Origin: Eledone cirrhosa
Taxonomy: Eukaryota
Reading direction: 5' to 3'
Assembly (NCBI GenBank): GCA_964016885.1
Contig: OZ024752.1
Location: forward strand, 62,001-126,000
Length of the DNA: 64,000 nucleotides
In this document: piece after piece, positions 15,226 through 28,425 of the stretch
How positions within the stretch are numbered: position 1 is the stretch's first letter
Layout of the letters: every line of letters begins with the position of its first letter
Translations under genes and position numbers: made by a program
The notes under the pieces: generated by a model
The model's input: only the letters and a program-made list of their open reading frames with translations
The model's database searches: none
Told to the model about the DNA's origin: nothing

Positions 15226-15343
15226 ACAAAGAGGGTGCGGTAAGATACCAGGTGGACCATAATGCACCAGAATACTCAATACTTAGGGTAGTAGAATGAG
15301 TAAGAAACGGCCGGAGCACAGCCGTCGGGGTCCTGACTCTTTT

Positions 15344-15346
<3 letters not shown>
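15224..15346 (-). mobile_element. Diverged family A mini-element
   Basis: GGTAAGATACCAGGTGGACCATAATGCACCAGAATACTCAATAC, then inverted GAAACGGCCGGAGCACAGCCGTCGGGGTC. Confidence 0.7.
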
Positions 15347-15402
<56 letters not shown>

Positions 15403-16154
15403 TCATATTTACATACGTAGATATATATGTGTACGTATATATTTATGATTGTTTGTCTGAAATTAAGTATTTGTGTGAATACAGTATATTAAGCCAATAT
15501 AATAAGTGATATTAATAATATTAATGGCGTCATGCTTTTTATTTTGGCTGAACAACCTGTTAAATGCAGGCAAGAAATTGTTTTAATTATTGAATTTTTT
15601 AGTATTCTTTTTCATTTTCATATTTTTCTCTTATATATTTTATAGCCTTTTTTAAATATATTTTATATTTTTTAAATATATTTTATATTCTTTTTATATA
15701 TTTTATATTCTTTTTTCAAGCATTTTATATTCTTTAAATTTTTAATTTACTCTGTGTTAAGTTTAATTAATCATTCATTCGTTTTACAGATTATTCATTT
15801 ATATTATTTGTAATGTAATAATAGCTTTAATGTTTTGTTTCATTGACCGTTAAATTTTATATCTTCTTGAGAGAAACCGACAAAAATGAAATGACGTTTT
15901 ATTAATTCATTTTTATATTATTTCAATTTATTTTCGCTTATTATGTATTATTTATTATTTATTAAACTATCATTTCATTATTTTTTTTATCTGTATTTGT
16001 TTGTTTTATTTATTAATTATTCGTATTTTTATTGATGTTTAAAGAGATGTTTTTAGTAGAGTCTTTCGTTTCTGATAGGGGCTGCAGAACGAATTTTCCT
16101 CCCCGCAAAAGTCATATTTTAATCGACGTGGTAACGAATGAAGCTCTGGAGTTA

Positions 16155-16325
16155 CCGTATTTCCCGGCGTCGAAGACGCTAATTTTTTCCTAAAATAATT
16201 CTCAAAAATCTACCATGCGTCCTGGAGGCCGAAGGTTGTTTATGATTTTTTTTTTTCAAATTTTTGGTTGTCAAAATTAGGGTGCGTCCTCGAGGACGAA
16301 GCGTCTTCGGCGCCGGGAAATACGG
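16155..16325. mobile_element. Tc1/mariner-superfamily (pogo/Tc2-like) MITE
   Basis: 26-bp TIR CCGTATTTCCCGGCG(T/C)CGAAGACGCT with one mismatch; TA on both sides. Confidence 0.85.
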
Positions 16326-17486
16326 TACTTATATTCGTTACCATATTATACATACATTCACACACATGTACATACACATACACATAGACACACACATACT
16401 CTTACACACACACACATATATATATATATACACACAAAGACACATACACCCACATATATATATATACACAGACACATTCACACACAGACACACAGGCATA
16501 CACACATTCACAAACATACACACTCACGAATGCCCATACAAATATACATAAACACACCCACGTATATATACACAGACACACGCACACACAGACACACAAG
16601 CATACACACATTGACAACATACACACTCACGAATGCCCATAGAAATATACATAAACATACACATTCATTCGCATACGTACATGTACACACACACAGGCAA
16701 ACAGAGACACATACTCAGATACACACACACATACACAAAGCTCTAATTTCACCTACACACTAATCAAATCATCACCACCTCTTCCCCACTTAGTCAATCT
16801 GTTGCATAATAACGACCCCCCTCCTTACAATGGCGCTCTCACTGTTGTATAGACGCCATCTTTAATGTGATATTTGCCGACATTTAAAGCGGGAAATGAG
16901 TCTGGCGTTTTGGCGGTTCGACGTTACAACGTCTAATTCAGGCGACTAAACTGCCTCTAAATATATCATGGGCATCACGTGACGTCTGCTATCGATGGTA
17001 TTGACAGCTACACTCTTCCGGTGGCTTCTGATTCCTTTCCTCCAAGTCACCACCACCGCCAGCACCAACACTACAGCTACTACTACTACTACTACTACCA
17101 CCAACACAACCACCACCAACAACAAGACCACTACTACAACCATCAACACCACCAATACAACCATCACCACCAACATCACCACCAACACAACAAAACCAAC
17201 ACCACCACTACAATCACTATCACCACCACCACCAACAACCACCATCACTGCCACAATCACTATCACCACAACGCCACCACCACTACCACCACCACCACCA
17301 CATAACAACTTCCTTCATCTTTACTTATTGAACTTCCGCCTAAAACATTAGTCTCCGTGTTGTTGTTGTTGTTGTTACAGTAGTAGTAGCAGCAGCATTA
17401 GCAGCAGTAGTAGTAGTAGTAGCAGCAGCATTAGTAGTAGTAGTAGTAGTAGTAGTAGTAGCAGCAGCAGTATTATTATTATTATT

Positions 17487-17950
17487 AACTGCCTGGTGGC
17501 CATGGTAAAAGAGATTGTATGGTGGACACGTCTGTCTGAAAGGCTTGAAGACGGGTACTTTCCTCCTCGGTGACGCCCTCATTAACATTTTCAAGAGGAA
17601 AATCAGAGTGGAGAGGGAAGTGCTGACTTCCAGCCAGTTTGTTGAAAGGTGGGTGAGATAGGCAAGAATGGCCTGTGTGAATGGGTCTACCCTGAGCGTG
17701 TGCCTGTAGCATTGTGGGAGGAAAACTGGAAGAGGGCATTTGCCCTAGCGGTCAGGGTAACCGTGGCTTTTCTTGTGGGCTTTCTCCACGAGCAGCCCTC
17801 GGAGGTCTCCCCTATATTGGGAATTTTTCATTGTTTCCTTTTGTCACACTCTGTTTTTTGTTTTTAATCGCAGAAATGCCCATTTGTATTGTCCTGTGTT
17901 GTCCTTAATGTTATACTTTGTGTCAACCCTTGTGGTTAATAAAGAAAGCA
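17487..17950 (+). mobile_element. 3' fragment of Tx1-like LINE (ORF2 end and 3'UTR)
   Basis: 17489-17670 resembles 22548-22725; ends AATAAAGAAAGC then (ATT)n; preceded by (ATT)n. Confidence 0.8.
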
Positions 17951-18091
17951 TTATTATTATTATTATCGGTCTGTTCGGACGCGTTTTGTTCGCTCCCAGT
18001 AAGTCGCTTTGTTTGCCTGTTAAAATTATTTGTTGTTAAATATTTCTTGGACTTGGCCCAAATATTTGAAGATTTTACTTTAAAAAAAAAC

Positions 18092-20172
18092 ATGGCTGAG
18101 CCAACCCCCCCCCCCCCCCGGCAATATGTCTGCTGTTGTCTGACAACGGCGTAAAAGTTGAGAGGAGGGTTACAAAAATTGTTACAACAGACACCACCAT
18201 AAACAACGTGAACAAAGACAACACCGAGAACACTAATTTCGTAAAAATTACCACAACAACTACAACAATAAGAGCGTCAACCAAAATACAGACAACAGAA
18301 AAACATGACAACAAATGCAACAACGATATTAACAGCACTAACAAGAAAATAAACAACGACAACAGTAACAATACAAATTGCACCGAAAACAACAACAACG
18401 GTGGCACCAAAAACACAACCAACTACAACAGTGATAACAGCAACAACACCAACAACACCGTTTGTAGCAGTAGCAACAGCAACAACACCAACAACAAGAC
18501 CAGTAGTGGCAGTAGTAATGGTACTGTTGAAAAAGGGGCCACTTCTTTCGCAGGTGTGGCCCGAAATATAAAAACAGTGCTAGTCACGGAGGAGGAGATG
18601 GCAGTCGCAAGAGCCATGGTGTCGAGAAACGACAATAGAGTTTCCCTGAAACCTCCACCCTATTTCTTCAAAGACCAGCAACTGCGCACGGTGACTTACC
18701 GCACCGTAAGCAAAATGTCACATCGGGTGGAGAGAGCCACGGAGGCTCAAATCCAAAAGGCCTTGGGGTGCGTCTGGGCGCGCAAAACCCACATCAACCG
18801 AGGCAAAAAGTACGCCACAGTAGACGTACTTTTCGCCACCCCACAAGAGGCGAAGTCTTACTCTTTGGAAACCCTAAAGAGTGAGGAGATAGTCTTGGTG
18901 CCCTCCTACTGTGGGCAGAAAATTGTGAGGGTCAAAGTGACCCAGGTCCCGCCCGACGTGCCCATACCTTGGCTGGCCGCGTCTGTACTGGCTGGAATTG
19001 AGGAGAAGACCACCATACTGCAAATACAGAGAATGGGAAGAGAGAACTGGTCAGGAAGAAGCATGCAAATACTAATACAGACTGACCAGGAGTGCATCGA
19101 GGCCATCCCAGACATCATAGACCTCGAAGAAGGGCTCCAACTCCCTATAAACGTGGAAGGAAGGCGCCCAAAGTGCTATCTCTGTGGGCATAAAGGTCAT
19201 CTCAGGGCCTTCTGCCCGCAGAAGACAGCCAAGAAGAGAGACCCCCTCCTTCCGACGCCTGATCCGCTACTACCAAGAGCAAAGCAGGCAACAGAGGCAG
19301 AAGACCCTTCCATGGTGAGTAGGAGGGCAACGTCCGTGGCACCCTTACCAAGGCCACGGACAACTAAAGCAGCGGCAGCAGTGGCAGCAACACCAACAGT
19401 CGCAGTAGCCACACCGGCGGCAAAATCGCCGGAGCGGGCTCCACTACCACCACCAACAGCAGTGGAGCTCATATCCCTCCCAGACGCCACGGAATTTGAC
19501 ATGGAGTATGAGGCGGGAGGGAAGTGGCAAACGATCTGCCACAAAAAACAAAAGAGGAAAAATCCCTTAGCTTCACCCTCCAAAAGTGAAGGCAGACAAA
19601 GAGGGGTAAAGGCTGCAAGGAGACTTGCAGCTACACCAGCACAAGCATCACCACCAACAACAACCACACCACCACCAGTGCTTTTACGGAGAGGCTTGGA
19701 TCTCGCCATACAGGCCATCTTCCTGGACCCAGAAGGTAAGTCGGTGGTGCTGGACGTGACCGGCAGCGGAGGCAATTCTTTCAGGCTAGTAGCCGTCTAC
19801 GCCACAACTGGGGTAGGACGGCCAGATTTCTTCAGACGTCTAGAGACCTTTCTTGGAACATCCCGCTGTTTAGTGTTAGTGGGCGACTGGAACGGTATCT
19901 TAGATGCACGCTGGGATTATGTGGGGCTAGTAGACATGACAGGTGGGTGTAAATGCCTCAACAACCTCATACGATTTGAACTGTTTGACAGGTATAGACT
20001 GGATTATCCGAATGTCCCAATGTGGACATGGGAAAACCGCATCGGGTCATCCAGATCGTATTTAGATAGGGTATTCTGTAGGGAAACAGATAAGGCTAGT
20101 GTAGGTTGTCCACAATTTAAAGTAGTCGACTACACGGACCACCATAGGCAGGGCCCGGCTACTGGAAGCTGA
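18092..20172 (+). pseudogene. Tx1-like ORF1 (gag-like) fused in frame to a partial APE endonuclease
   Basis: CYLCGHKGHLRAFCP knuckle; then RLVAVYA, LVGDWN, WTW, SYLDRVF and TDH APE motifs; ATG at 18092 separated from the long frame by a poly-C frameshift. Confidence 0.8.
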
Positions 20173-22777
20173 ACGCGTCGTTCCCGGCGCGCAAAGCTTA
20201 CAGAGACCGGATTAGCGAATTAGTTAAGCGTGCGTTGACGGGTGTGATCGTCAACAACAGGTGGTAGTTTACCCTGAAAAGAGATATTAGAGTAGAATCG
20301 ATAAGGTTTAGCAAAGGAGTCGTGATACAGGAAAATAAAGTAGAGGGAGAGTTAGTTAGAAAGCTAGAAGAGGCGTTTAGGACAGGCATCGCAACCGACG
20401 TGCTTGCGGCGAGATTGGCACTCGACCAATTCTTCAACGCAAAGCATGAAGGCTGCGTTGTCAGAACTAGAGCGCGTGCTCTAAGACACGAGCGGACGAA
20501 AGCCGTTCAATGGGCCACGGTGGTGGAGGCGCGACGTGGCAACAAGTCCGCAATTCGGTCTTTGCCTGATCAAAACGGGCGCATGTTGTTCGAACCCGAG
20601 CAGATGTGTGCAGCTTTTCAACAGCACTTTGCTCGATTGTTCGGGAGCGACGGGCCGGATCGGAGTATGGACTTCGGTGCATACCTCGACGGACTGCCGC
20701 TCTCTCGACGACCGCAGCGCAGTGCTGCGAATGGCCGATAGCCAATGAAATACGGGAAGCGATGTCTGACTGCACGAGGGGTAAACCGCCAGGTTTGGAT
20801 GCTCTACCCTACGAGCTTTATGCGTATATGCCAGACTTGTTCGGCGACCTCTTGGCAGATGTCTACTGCAACTGGCAGCAAAACGGGAGCATTCCCAGTT
20901 TTGTGGGCTGGGGAGCGGTGGCGCTGCTGAGAAAAGACCCGAACAAGGAGGACGTCATAGACAATTTCAGGCCCAAAACTCTGCTAAACGCAGAGTTTAA
21001 GATTTTCGCCAAGGTGTTAGAAGGGATTGGCGCTTGTCGTCGGTGATCTGGTGGGAGAGGCGCAGACATGCGCCATTCCGGACAGATCAATCCACTACAA
21101 CCTCTATCTCATACGATACATTATACAGAGGGTGGTTAAGGAACCTGGCACGGGTGGGACCCTGATCAACTTGGATCAATCTAAAGCATTTGATAGAGTC
21201 GACCATCGGTACCTGGCTGCGGTCCTCGAGGCGGCCGGCTTCGGGCCCGTTTTTAGGGGCTGGATCGCTGCGATGCTCAGCGACATCTGCTCGATTGTGA
21301 GGGTGAATGGTCACCTGTCGCAGCCTTTCAGCATCATGCGCTCGGTCCGCCAGGGTTTCCCCCTCTCGCCCTTCTTGTACGTACTGGCCCCTGAGCCGTT
21401 ACTTCACAAATTGGAGACGATGAGGGGGATCCCACGCGAACTGGGATGTGGAACATCCGCCGACGACGTCACCGTGGGGGTGTCGAGCACCAAACACATC
21501 CAAATGCTCGACACCGCTCTCAAGGAATACGAAGCGGTGACAGGAGCAAAGATAAACCAGGAAAAGTTGGTGGGCTTGCAACTCGGCACCTGGAGAGGCA
21601 AGTCCATGCCGTCCGCCAGCGTCGTGGGGCGCTGGACGGAAGGACCGGTTAAATTTCTCGGGGTCTGGTTCGGTCCGGACCTCCAGATGGAGAAAAACTG
21701 GAGCGAGGTGACGAGCAGGGTGGCCTCTCTCACCCAGAAATGGGCCGAGAGGAGGCTGTCTCTGAAAGGTCGGGCGGAGGTGGCGAATGCGTACATAACG
21801 TCCGTCATCTGCTACCGCCTGACCGTCGTATCTTGCCCCCGCCCAACTCTGACCAAAATGGAGCGCCTTCTCTAACGCTTTTTGTGGAAGAGACGTACTC
21901 CCATGGTCAGACGATCCATTTGCTGTGGCTGATGATGCGCAAACATGCGCTGAGGCTGCAACATCTCTGGTGCTTCCTTGACGGTGAACAGGTGTGTTCG
22001 CCATTTGCCAGACGCGCCTTTCCCCAGCTCGTCTCATTGACGGAGCTGCAGTCCTGGATCAGGAAAAGACGACGGATAGCGCTTGGAAGCTGGAATGTCT
22101 CCAAGCGCTCACCGCCCCCTACCAGCTGGGCACTAGTATCGGTGGAACATCCACCTCGGCTAGTGGAGGGAAAGGCCGACGACGTTCTCGGGGAGACCCT
22201 GGGCGTCGAAGACGATCATCTGTTCGCTCTCTTCAAGGTAACTTTCAGACCGGGGCCTATGGACAACTTCCAGAAATCCCTGGCCTGGCAGTGCTACCAG
22301 GGAGCGTTGCCGGTTTGGGATAAGCTCTTAAGGCACGGAGGTGCTGTCAGCAGAGCCTGTCCGATATGCGCGCAGGGCGACGAAACCATCCTGCACGCAC
22401 TCGTTTAGTGCCCGAGGATTGCTGACTTGTGGAGCTATGTCAAACAACTGCTGTCGCGTGTAGGACGGATCCGGTTATCGACTGAGTCCATTGTGCAGAT
22501 AACCCCGCCATCCTCCTTTAAAGAGGAGGAAGGGCAGGCAGTTTTCATCTGCCTGGTGGCCATGGCGAAAGAGATTGTGTGGTGGACAAGGTTGAAAGAG
22601 TTGAAGACGGACACTTTCCTCTCCGGCCAATCCCTGATTAACTTATTCAAGTTTCACTTGAAGAGGAAAATCAGAGTGGCGAGGCAAGTGCTATCTTCTA
22701 GTAAGTTTGTTGAAAGGTGGGTGAAAGTTGCTAGTCTGGTCCGAGTGGACGGGCTCGCTCTGAGTATGCGCCTGTAG
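20150..22777 (+). pseudogene. Tx1-like ORF2 reverse transcriptase, frameshifted
   Basis: KPPGLDALPYE, NFRPKTLLNAEFKI, LDQSKAFDRVDH, SVRQGFPLSP, SADDV and CPICAQGDETILHAL motifs across several frames. Confidence 0.85.
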
Positions 22778-24322
22778 ACAGAGGAGTGGGAAAACTGAGA
22801 GAGGGCGCTTGCTCTGGTGGTCAGAATTCTCTGCGCAAAACAAAACAGTGGCTCACAATGTGTTTGCTGTGCCTGTCCTAACACCAACGTTTGGAATACT
22901 CAATTGGCCGATAGACGAAATCCGAGCAGTTGATGTTGGAACTCGAAAAATACTAAACAACACCGGAAATTTCCACATCAACAGTGACATAGACCGCCTT
23001 TACTTTGAAATGTAAGCAGGGAGGCAGAGGCCAGTCAGCATTTGAATGTCGCATCATATCCCTCCGACAACATCTACGAACCTCGAAGCGTAGGAGCCCG
23101 TCTCTCGAGCAAGTCTATCTGCATGAAACAGATAAGAACATGAGAATTGGGAAGGAACTCCTCGAGAGATATTCCCTGTGTGATAATCAAAAACTCACAC
23201 CCAGGGAGGTCGCTCAGCAGTATCGCAGTGAATCCATGGATGAAAAACTGCATGCTTATCAGCAAAAAATCATGCATGGATATGTTGCCAGGAATCTCCA
23301 GAGTGAGAGTAATATAGATAAGGAAAGTAGTCTATCTTGGACCAACAACCGCTATATTGGCTCCCACTTTGAAGGATACGCTTTTGTAATCCAAGAACAG
23401 GAAATTAACACGAAATACCTGATTCACAAAAGAGATAGGGATGCAGGCAAAACACCTAGATGCGATAACAAGTGCAGACTCTGCAGAACTAACATCGAGG
23501 ATATCACCCATGTCATCAGCAGCTGCCCAAAGATGTCATCGTGGTTCTATCTACCTATGAGGCATGATGTAGTGGCCAAAACACTGTACAATGCAGTTCG
23601 TAAAAAAGATAGCCGCGACAATAAACACATTAAAAGCTACAGCAATGTGGAAGACATCCACATACATAATATGAAAGATTACTGGTGGAATGTTCCAGTA
23701 AAAACCCCAATAAAATGCAGGAATAACAGACCAGATATTATGATATGGGACAGGGAGAAGAAAGCATGCACAGTAGTGGAAATTAGCTGCCCAGCAGATG
23801 CCAATATAATATCAAAGATTAGCGAAAAGGAGAATATTTATGCAGAACTGATGAGAAATCTGCAGATACTCCACCCTGATTACACCTTCAGATTTATGCC
23901 TGTGATTATTGGGGCACTGGGATATGTTAGTAACTGCCTCAATACAAATCTTGAGAAGCTAGGCTTCACAGGAACAGAAAGAACACAACTAGTTAGGAAA
24001 TTACAAGTACAATCCATGAATGGAACAGTAAAAACATGTAAAATATTCCAAAAATGTTGCATCTAATAACTGCATATACACATGTACAGATACAAAGCAT
24101 ATACACATGCACACATACAACTCAAAACATGCACATCCACACATATAATAACATCCATATCTACACATGCATGCATACATACATAATCTACCTAGTTGAT
24201 GTGCAAATTCCAATTTACACATGTGTAAATTCTTGTGTCTATGTTAGAAACGGACTTTCTCTCTATTGGGAAAATATTTGTGAAATTATAAAACCAGAAG
24301 AACATACATACATACATACATA
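22778..24322 (+). mobile_element. 5'-truncated R4-like RLE retrotransposon (second family) ending in (CATA)n
   Basis: DIDRLY; ORF 23005-24066 with QEQEI, CRLC..EDITHVISSC, RHD, RPDI..VEISCP and IIGALG; 3' end GAAGAA(CATA)n. Confidence 0.8.
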
Positions 24323-24606
24323 CTTCCATACGTCCATATACATTTTTAACTACATTTGGGGATTATTGCTGAGATTCTTCTGGGGTTAAAATCTACATTA
24401 ATGAGATGACAGTATTAGAAAGACGTAACTGTAATTTCTTGTCTCATTAGTCTCCCATCAGACCAGCTAGATATGTCACGTGTTCTCTGAATTGATTCTA
24501 ATGAAGATAATGCGATGTAAAAGAAGTGGTAATGATTGGAGAAACATCAAAGAAATTGATACACAATCTACTACACAGTCTATATACACATGCGCACCGA
24601 AACACA

Positions 24607-24659
<53 letters not shown>

Positions 24660-24800
24660 ATGTGTGTATGTGTGTATGTGCACATATATATATGTACTCA
24701 CACGCGCATGCACACATACATACACACACACGCACATACACACACACACTAACACGCGCACATACATATATATGTATACATAAGACATCTCTCTTTCATT

Positions 24801-24882
<82 letters not shown>

Positions 24883-24897
24883 CACACATATATATGA

Positions 24898-24929
<32 letters not shown>

Positions 24930-24938
24930 ATATATGAA

Positions 24939-24979
<41 letters not shown>

Positions 24980-25110
24980 GTTATTCCGGGTTGAATCGGA
25001 GGTAACCACAGTAAGTAAGGTACTCAATACATAGCAGAGTATAAAAGTTTTATGATTTCTAAAGAATGAAACAGTTCTAGCCCTGTAGAATCACATCTAT
25101 ATTAAAACTT
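24980..25110. mobile_element. Family B mini-element
   Basis: GTTATTCCGGGTTGAATCGGAGGTAACCACAGTAAG..GTACTCAATAC; inverted arm starts at ATGA-TTTCTAAAGAAT-GAAAC (25052). Confidence 0.75.
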
Positions 25111-25157
25111 ATATATATATATGTGTGTGTGTGAATATATAAACATATATATATATT

Positions 25158-25211
<54 letters not shown>

Positions 25212-25734
25212 TGTGTGTATGTATATATATATATATATATGTATATAGATGTAGAAATGAACACGGGAATGGTAATTTCCAATTATTTCTAAAACAGTAT
25301 ATTTCCATGTATAATTTTGTGCACAAAACATATCTAAGTTAACAAGTGGTGGAGGTAATTATGGACAGATAGTGTATACGATGGTAGTAGGACATAATCT
25401 ATTGTATATTGTACCATCATATTGCAGTAAGCGTATAGGACTTAATCTAACAACTTCTATAAAAAGGATTTACATAAATGGAAAGGTTATTACCAAACTA
25501 AGCATATATAAATATGTATGCTGCCTTTCCTATGTCAACCTGTCCTTGATCGATGGAGACTTTGAAGCAACATTCATGCGTAATCTTGCCATTGCATAAA
25601 AGTTTATATGTGTATATATACATACATACATACATACATTAACATCCGTACGTATGTATGTATGTATGTATGTATGTATGTATGTATGTATGTATGTATG
25701 TATGTATGTATGTATGTATGTATGTATGTATGTA

Positions 25735-26075
25735 TTATCTCTTTCTCTTAATTTCGAGTATATTTTTTTGACTGGCCACCTTCCTGGTGGCAAGGTTGTA
25801 AAAGAAAAGAAATTGTCATCCCTTGAATTGCAAGAATGTTTTGCAAATTTTGGAGGTGCAGCTATCGCAGCCATTTGTAGACTATGAATTAGGGAGCTGC
25901 GCTTTTTGTCCGCAAATCCAAGTTCAGTCATATTTTGGTCCAATCGGGTTGGTATATAACCCGTAGCTCCAATAATGATAGGTATGAAGCTAAAGGTGTA
26001 TCTTGGATACTGGATTTGTAAACTCCTCATCAATAGTTCGTAGATGTCCTCCTTCTCCTGTATTTTTCTGACAAC
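25735..26075 (-). pseudogene. 3' fragment of R4-like RLE retrotransposon within (CATA)n
   Basis: [35 protein letters not shown], homologous to the C-terminus of 23005-24066; (TATG)n on both sides on the plus strand. Confidence 0.75.
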
Positions 26076-26167
26076 GTATGTATGTATGTATGTATGTATG
26101 TATGTATAAGTACGTACGTATGTAAATGTATGTACGTATGTATATAATATGTATGTATATACGTACG

Positions 26168-26199
<32 letters not shown>

Positions 26200-26229
26200 C
26201 GCACGTATATATGATGGATGTGAGTATGC

Positions 26230-26262
<33 letters not shown>

Positions 26263-26591
26263 TGTATGTATGTAGTACATATGTATGTATGTATATATGT
26301 ATGTATATATGTATGTACATCCGTACGTATGTATATATGTATATACGCACGTATATATGATGTGAGTATGCATATATGTATGTATGTTTATTTTTACATA
26401 AACACTCTGAATATGCTTTCATATACACCACTTTCTCCCTCTCTCTGCCTATACGTACATACATACTTAATACACCCATCCATCTATACATACATATATA
26501 CGTACATAAATATTTATTGTCATACCTTTGAGGGACATACTTCCAATAAAAATACAGGCACAAGTTGAGTTTCATTTCGGTTTTATCATTA

Positions 26592-28299
26592 GGGCGGTGG
26601 ATTGGCAGTATCGGTGGAGGGTCGGATGCCATGCTTTTCAGCATAGAGTTACGGCCCTTTACGGTCTGATTTCAAATCCCGCCCAGGTTAACTTTGCCGT
26701 TCATCCTTACGGAGTCGATAAAATAAAGTACCAGTCTCGCACTGGGGTCGATTTAATCGCTCTCCCCTCCACCAAAATTGCTGGCCTTGTGCCTATATAA
26801 GAAACATTGGTAGATTGGCAGTATCGGTAGAGTGTCGGACGCCATGCTTTGACGCATAGAGTTATGGCCCTTGCCATTTTGAGTTCAAATCCCGCCGAGC
26901 TTAACTTTGCCTTTCATCCTTACGGGGTCGATAAAATAAAGTACCAGTAATGTACTGGTAAATTGTTGGCCTTGTGCCAAAAGTAGAAACAATTATTAGT
27001 AAAGGGCGGTGGATTGGCAGTATCGGTAGAGGCTCGAACACCATGCTTTACAACATAGAGTTATGACCCTTTACGGTCTGAGTTCAAATCCCGCCGGGGT
27101 TAACTTTGCCTTTAATCCTTTCGTCGATAAAATAAAGTACCAGTAATACACTGGAGTAATTGCTGGCCTTGTGCCAAGGGTAGAAACAATTATTAGTAAG
27201 ATAATGCAGTGCAGTGGATTGCAATAATCAGTAGAGCGTCGGACAACATGCTTTGTTGCATATAATTACGCCAAGTACTGGAATCGACTTACAACTGCCC
27301 CCAATTACAGGCCTTGTGCTAAAACTAGAAATCCTTATTAGTTAGGTAACTAGGGTGGTGGATTTGCAGAGATGTTAAGGTGTAAAAAAAAATAATAATA
27401 ATTACGGCTTAGTAGGTAGTGAATTCTTGCCGAGGTTAACTTTTCCTTTCATAATTCCATGTTCGGTGAAATAATATACCAGTCACGTACTGGGGTCGAT
27501 GCAATCGGCTTTCCCTCTCCCCACAAATTGATGGATAAGTGTCTATATCAGACACCTTAATTTGTTAGTTAACTAGATAAAGAACAGGGGATTGCCAGTA
27601 TCGGTTGTGGTGTCGGATAACATGCTTTGCTACATATAGTTACGTCTCTTTATGTTCTCCATAGCCTTGTATGATGATTAAATATATTTACATTTTTACC
27701 ATCAGGCCCTTTATGTTCTGAGTCCAAATCCCGCCGAGGTTTGCTTTGCCTTTCATCCTTACATGGTCGATAAAATAAAGCACCAGTAATGCACTGGGGT
27801 CGATTTAAGCGGCTTTCTCCTCCCCGACAAATTCTTGGATATGTGCCTGCATCAGAAAACAGTATTAGTGAGGTAACTAATCATTCTACAGTTAGTTTTC
27901 TATTGGGTTAGATAGCTAACTAATAATGGTTTCTTATATAGGCACAAGGCCAACAATTTGGGGGGAGGGGAAAGTCGATTAAATCAACCCCAGTGCGTGA
28001 CTGGTACTTTATTTTATCGACCCCGTAAGGATGAAAGGCAAACTTAACCTCGGCGGGATATGAACTCAGATTATAAAGAACCGTAACTCAATGCTGTAAA
28101 GCATGGTGTCCGACGCTCTATCGATACTGCCATTCCACCGCCCTCAGATAGCTAACTAATAATTGTTTCTACTTTAGGCACAAGGCCAGCAATTATCCCA
28201 GTGTATTACTGGTACTTTATTTTATCGACCCCGTAAGGATGAAGGGCAAAGTTAACCTCGACGGGATTTGAACTCAGAATGACAAGGGCCGTAACTCTA
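26592..28299. mobile_element. Cluster of about eight SINE copies (six plus, two minus)
   Basis: Repeated GGCGGTGGATTGGCAGTATCGG heads and GTCGATAAAATAAAGTACCAG cores; plus copies start ~26592, 26808, 27003, 27205, 27353, 27588; minus copies ~27922-28143 and 28158-28299. Confidence 0.85.
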
Positions 28300-28425
28300 G
28301 GGCAAATTGAAGCCACAACTAGTAAGTGTGTTTTTATTGGCAGCATGACACTTCCAAAGTATAACAATATGTTTCAATACACGATTTCACACCAAGAATC
28401 TTGCAAAACAAATATAATAGCGATG
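28300..28425 (+). mobile_element. Family C fragment
   Basis: Similar to 10122-10190 followed by the reverse complement of 9840-9884 and 4917-4966. Confidence 0.6.

Larger units (their letters stand above)
17966..22777 (+). mobile_element. Tx1/L1-clade LINE, near full length but defective
   Basis: ORF1 with CCHC knuckle, partial APE endonuclease, RT and C-terminal Cys motif; frameshifts and stops. Confidence 0.85.

Noticed and set aside
16946-17351. Thr/His/Val-rich mucin-like ORFs (also 57507-57710)
   Set aside because: Trinucleotide repeat tracts with no splice or start context.
26592-26690. SINE heads as tRNA genes
   Set aside because: A/B-box-like motifs only; no cloverleaf, and always attached to the SINE body.
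26592-28299. Repeat-spacer-like array suggesting CRISPR
   Set aside because: Units are ~200-bp SINEs also dispersed elsewhere; eukaryotic context and no cas genes.
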